Source: Oscillospiraceae bacterium
GTDB lineage: Bacteria > Bacillota > Clostridia > Oscillospirales > Ruminococcaceae
Direction of reading: 5' to 3'
Length of the DNA stretch: 64,000 bases
Assembly (NCBI GenBank): GCA_024684395.1
Contig: JAIKWY010000094.1
Span: forward strand, 10,459 to 74,458
Shown: positions 63,620 to 64,000 of the stretch, piece after piece
Layout of the letters: every line of letters starts with the position of its first letter
Numbering within the stretch: position 1 is the stretch's first letter
Made by a program: the position numbers and the translations under genes
Notes under the pieces: generated by a model
Seen by the model: only the letters and a program-made list of their open reading frames with translations
Told to the model about the DNA's origin: nothing
Databases searched by the model: none

Positions 63620-63660
63620 GGCACCCGAAGCGAGAAACCGGGGTTTCTCGACAAGCTGAG
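63620..63660 (+). repeat. 41-nt repeat, family D copy 2
   Basis: Identical 41-mer, followed by a different hairpin (GAGGACGG..CCGTCCTC). Confidence 0.9.
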
Positions 63661-63704
63661 AGGACGGTTTGACGCCGTCCTCTTTCCTTTTCTTTGCTTT
63701 CCTC

Positions 63705-63733
63705 TTGACGCTCCCTGCCAACTATGCTATACT
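63705..63733 (+). promoter_or_regulatory. sigma-A-type promoter (helicase-like ORF)
   Basis: TTGACG, 17 nt, TATACT. Confidence 0.55.
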
Positions 63734-63767
63734 TAAATTAACTATAACCCCGAAGGAGGTCTTACCC

Positions 63768-64000
63768 TTGCTCCCTCTCACGATCAAAGCATCCGGCACA
63801 GCTTCCCTGAGCTTTGCCATGCACCAGAACTACATCCCGCTCATCAGCCGCCTGTGCATCTCCAACGAGTCCGAGGAGACGCTTGAACAGCTCACCGTCC
63901 GCATCCGGTTTTCTCCCGCCTTTGCAGCGCCCTATGAGACAAAGCTCGCTGCCGTCCAGCCCGGGGGCTGCGTGGAGATCTCGCCCGTGCGGATCGCCGT
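63768..64000 (+). CDS. 5' end of a large ORF, N-terminus reminiscent of DUF4011/Upf1-like helicase proteins (partial)
   Basis: AAGGAGG, then 8 nt, then TTG. My own translation is LLPLTIKASGTASLSFAMHQNYIPLISRLCISNESEETLEQLTVRIRFSPAFAAPYETKL, open to the window edge. Confidence 0.45.
   Translation, partial: MLPLTIKASGTASLSFAMHQNYIPLISRLCISNESEETLEQLTVRIRFSPAFAAPYETKLAAVQPGGCVEISPVRIA

Noticed and set aside
1-64000. tRNA, rRNA, tmRNA, RNase P, SRP RNA, CRISPR arrays, IS transposases.
   Set aside because: I found no T-loop/acceptor signatures (GGTTCGA-type), no rRNA-like stretches, no regularly spaced direct repeats with spacers, and no transposase- or integrase-like ORFs on reading either strand. 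The absence is by eye only and should be confirmed with tRNAscan-SE, Infernal and ISEScan.

Overview
The window is a GC-rich chromosome segment (GC judged by eye, not computed) from a spore-forming Clostridia bacterium, apparently Ruminococcaceae/Oscillospiraceae-like. Most of it is housekeeping. This includes an ECF sigma/anti-sigma pair, polA, rimI...tsaD, an ABC-2 exporter, queH, ylxM-ffh-rpsP-KH-rimM-trmD, ptsH, spoIVB, an L,D-transpeptidase, a GGDEF cyclase, htpG behind a perfect CIRCE operator, HU, mazG, trpS, an aminotransferase and a SpoVB/MurJ-like flippase.

Accessory content:
- Cellulosome/amylosome-type genes: three tandem signal-dockerin-cohesin-like genes, an LRR-dockerin protein, two paralogous dockerin proteins and a CBM25/26-like secreted protein.
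- A long minus-strand gene string: a His-rich CobW GTPase, a CobW-like/DUF1980 protein, a MIF-type tautomerase, a DUF6273-like protein, a macro-HTH fusion and a small acidic protein.
- A small islet holding an orphan phage tail-fibre/LamG-like gene, a NYN-domain protein and unknown proteins.
- Two low-GC insertions.

Signals I rate most worth follow-up:
1. Two short ORFs, too short for the supplied ORF track, share the N-terminal motif MKE.Y..P..EI..F..EDIITAS. Each sits immediately 3' of a large secreted-protein gene.
2. The intergenic DNA is built from at least five recurring GC-rich hairpin/repeat families. One is a 110-nt MITE-like element. Another is a 21-mer that abuts TAA stop codons and, as a perfect inverted pair, brackets a 1.5-kb insertion splitting rimI from tsaD. 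A third element sits between two copies of a terminator hairpin.
3. The tandem dockerin-cohesin trio has a homogenised dockerin half and divergent cohesin halves.

I found no rRNA, tRNA, CRISPR array, transposase, integrase or reverse transcriptase. All functional calls rest on motif recognition by eye, without database searches.
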